Notes under the pieces: generated by a model
What the model saw: the letters and a program-made list of their open reading frames with translations, nothing else
Told to the model about the DNA's origin: nothing
Database searches by the model: none
IMG/VR virus record: IMGVR_UViG_3300023184_005760
Span: 1 to 55,810 of that record
DNA from: a virus
Taxonomy: Duplodnaviria; Caudoviricetes
DNA: 55,810 bases
Reading direction: 5' to 3' (one strand)
Shown: in pieces, positions 54,915 through 55,810 of the stretch
Position numbering within the stretch: the first letter of the stretch is position 1
How the letters are laid out: every line of letters begins with the position of its first letter
Position numbers and translations under genes: made by a program

Positions 54915-55659
54915 TTTTTCGTGTCCATGTTACAATTTCCCAGCGTCCGTCATGATGTTCTACCAATGCCGTACACGATTCTACCCAGTCACCATCGTTC
55001 ATGTAGGTCACACCATCAATCTCTTTTATTTCTGCGTGATGGATGTGACCGCACACCACGCCATCAAATCCTCTTTTCTTGCAGTAGGCCGCAAGATTCC
55101 TTTCAAAGTGAAACATGAAGTCAATGGCTTTTTTGACCCTATGCTTAAGAAACTGGCTAAGACTCCAGTAACCAAAACCCATACGATGGCGGATCCAATT
55201 AAATCTACTATTAAGTCCCAAGATAAAGTCATATGCTCGGTCTCCCAAAAAACTCAGCCACGGTGCCAGTCGGGTGATGCCATCAAACAAGTCACCGTGT
55301 ACCACAAGGTAGTGTCGGCCGTCTGCACCTATATGTTCACATTGATTGCAAATTTCTACTGTGCCGAATGAGGCTGCATATGGTATCATCGGACGCAGGA
55401 ATTCGTCATGATTTCCAGCCACGTATACAACCCTAGTGCCACGTTTAGCGTGACCAAGAACGCGACGAACGACATTGGTGTGGCTTTGTTTCCAACGCCA
55501 CTTGTTTTGTTGTATCTTCCACGCATCAATGATATCACCAACTAGGTATAGGGTATCGCATGAGTTGTGCTTTAAAAAATTGTTTAGTTCTTCTGCCTTG
55601 CAGTCTCTTGTGCCAAGGTGCACATCACTGATAAAAATACTGCGATACGTTTTCTGCAT
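54865..55659 (-). CDS. plcP: PlcP-like phospholipase C (LpxH-related metallophosphoesterase)
   Basis: YRSIFISDVHLGT.DC.A, LYLVGDIID.W, GNHDE, HGD.FD, CGHIH, YMNDGDWVESCTALVE. Confidence 0.82.
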   Translation of the reverse strand: MQKTYRSIFISDVHLGTRDCKAEELNNFLKHNSCDTLYLVGDIIDAWKIQQNKWRWKQSHTNVVRRVLGHAKRGTRVVYVAGNHDEFLRPMIPYAASFGTVEICNQCEHIGADGRHYLVVHGDLFDGITRLAPWLSFLGDRAYDFILGLNSRFNWIRHRMGFGYWSLSQFLKHRVKKAIDFMFHFERNLAAYCKKRGFDGVVCGHIHHAEIKEIDGVTYMNDGDWVESCTALVEHHDGRWEIVTWTRKNDQEDIDNNRQLAGSN

Positions 55660-55663
55660 CTAG

Positions 55664-55669
55664 TATTTA
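55664..55669 (-). promoter_or_regulatory. Late-type promoter TAAATA with a leaderless start for plcP
   Basis: TAAATA-CTAG-ATG. Confidence 0.6.
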
Positions 55670-55684
55670 GGCATATTTGTGTTA

Positions 55685-55810
55685 CTATTTTGTTACAAAC
55701 ATTTGATCCACAAAGTCTAACAATAGAGTATGATGTTGGCCTCTGTGATATCGACCACGCATCCATGAGTAACTGTCGTACCAGAATTGTTCACTTTCAG
55801 GATGACATCC
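55685..55810 (-). CDS. 3' end of a gene entering from the right edge, GATase-like (HPE motif)
   Basis: GCHPESEQFWYDSYSWMRGRYH...FVTK*. Confidence 0.45.
   Translation of the reverse strand, partial: GCHPESEQFWYDSYSWMRGRYHRGQHHTLLLDFVDQMFVTK

Noticed and set aside
54865-55659. Annotation as the lipid A enzyme LpxH
   Set aside because: GNHD rather than GNRD, the GDWVES motif and coupling to an Agt-like glycosyltransferase favour PlcP.
1-55810. tRNA, rRNA, CRISPR array, integrase or reverse transcriptase
   Set aside because: No cloverleaf with a T-loop in intergenic space, no regularly spaced repeat-spacer array and no recognisable catalytic motifs by eye. A covariance-model scan could still find small RNAs.
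1-55810. Stop-codon reassignment, as in some large phages
   Set aside because: Recognisable genes are full length in the standard code, and TAA, TAG and TGA all appear as normal stops.

Overview
A 55.8 kb segment of a large tailed dsDNA bacteriophage genome, probably a jumbo myovirus-like phage. It is densely coding in the standard genetic code, and I found no tRNA, rRNA, CRISPR array or integrase. Host-like genes (infA, erpA, phasin-like, DUF3563-like, desaturase) suggest a proteobacterial, probably betaproteobacterial, host; this is inference. Core phage content: tail-fibre/baseplate genes, clamp loader, a stand-alone DnaE fragment, GroES, PhoH, two ClpP proteins and a GIY-YIG-type homing endonuclease. 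Accessory content: NadE, SOD, a DNA methylase with a putative endonuclease, four radical SAM loci and many small early genes. Two promoter classes are visible: 13 exact TTGACN-17-TATAAT sigma70 promoters and many T4-late-like TAAATA boxes. Highlights: (1) a phage-encoded PlcP-Agt-like phospholipid-to-glycolipid remodelling operon beside a desaturase and an Mpo1-like gene; (2) a shared N-terminal leader resembling a capsid-targeting sequence on four late proteins including SOD, plus a QGVAEG protein whose linkers are identical 17-bp DNA repeats; (3) a radical SAM gene inserted into the 3' end of a gene, leaving the old end stranded; (4) systematic leaderless gene starts; (5) a palindrome that supplies stop codons at gene/promoter junctions. 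All family assignments come from motif recognition by eye, not database searches.
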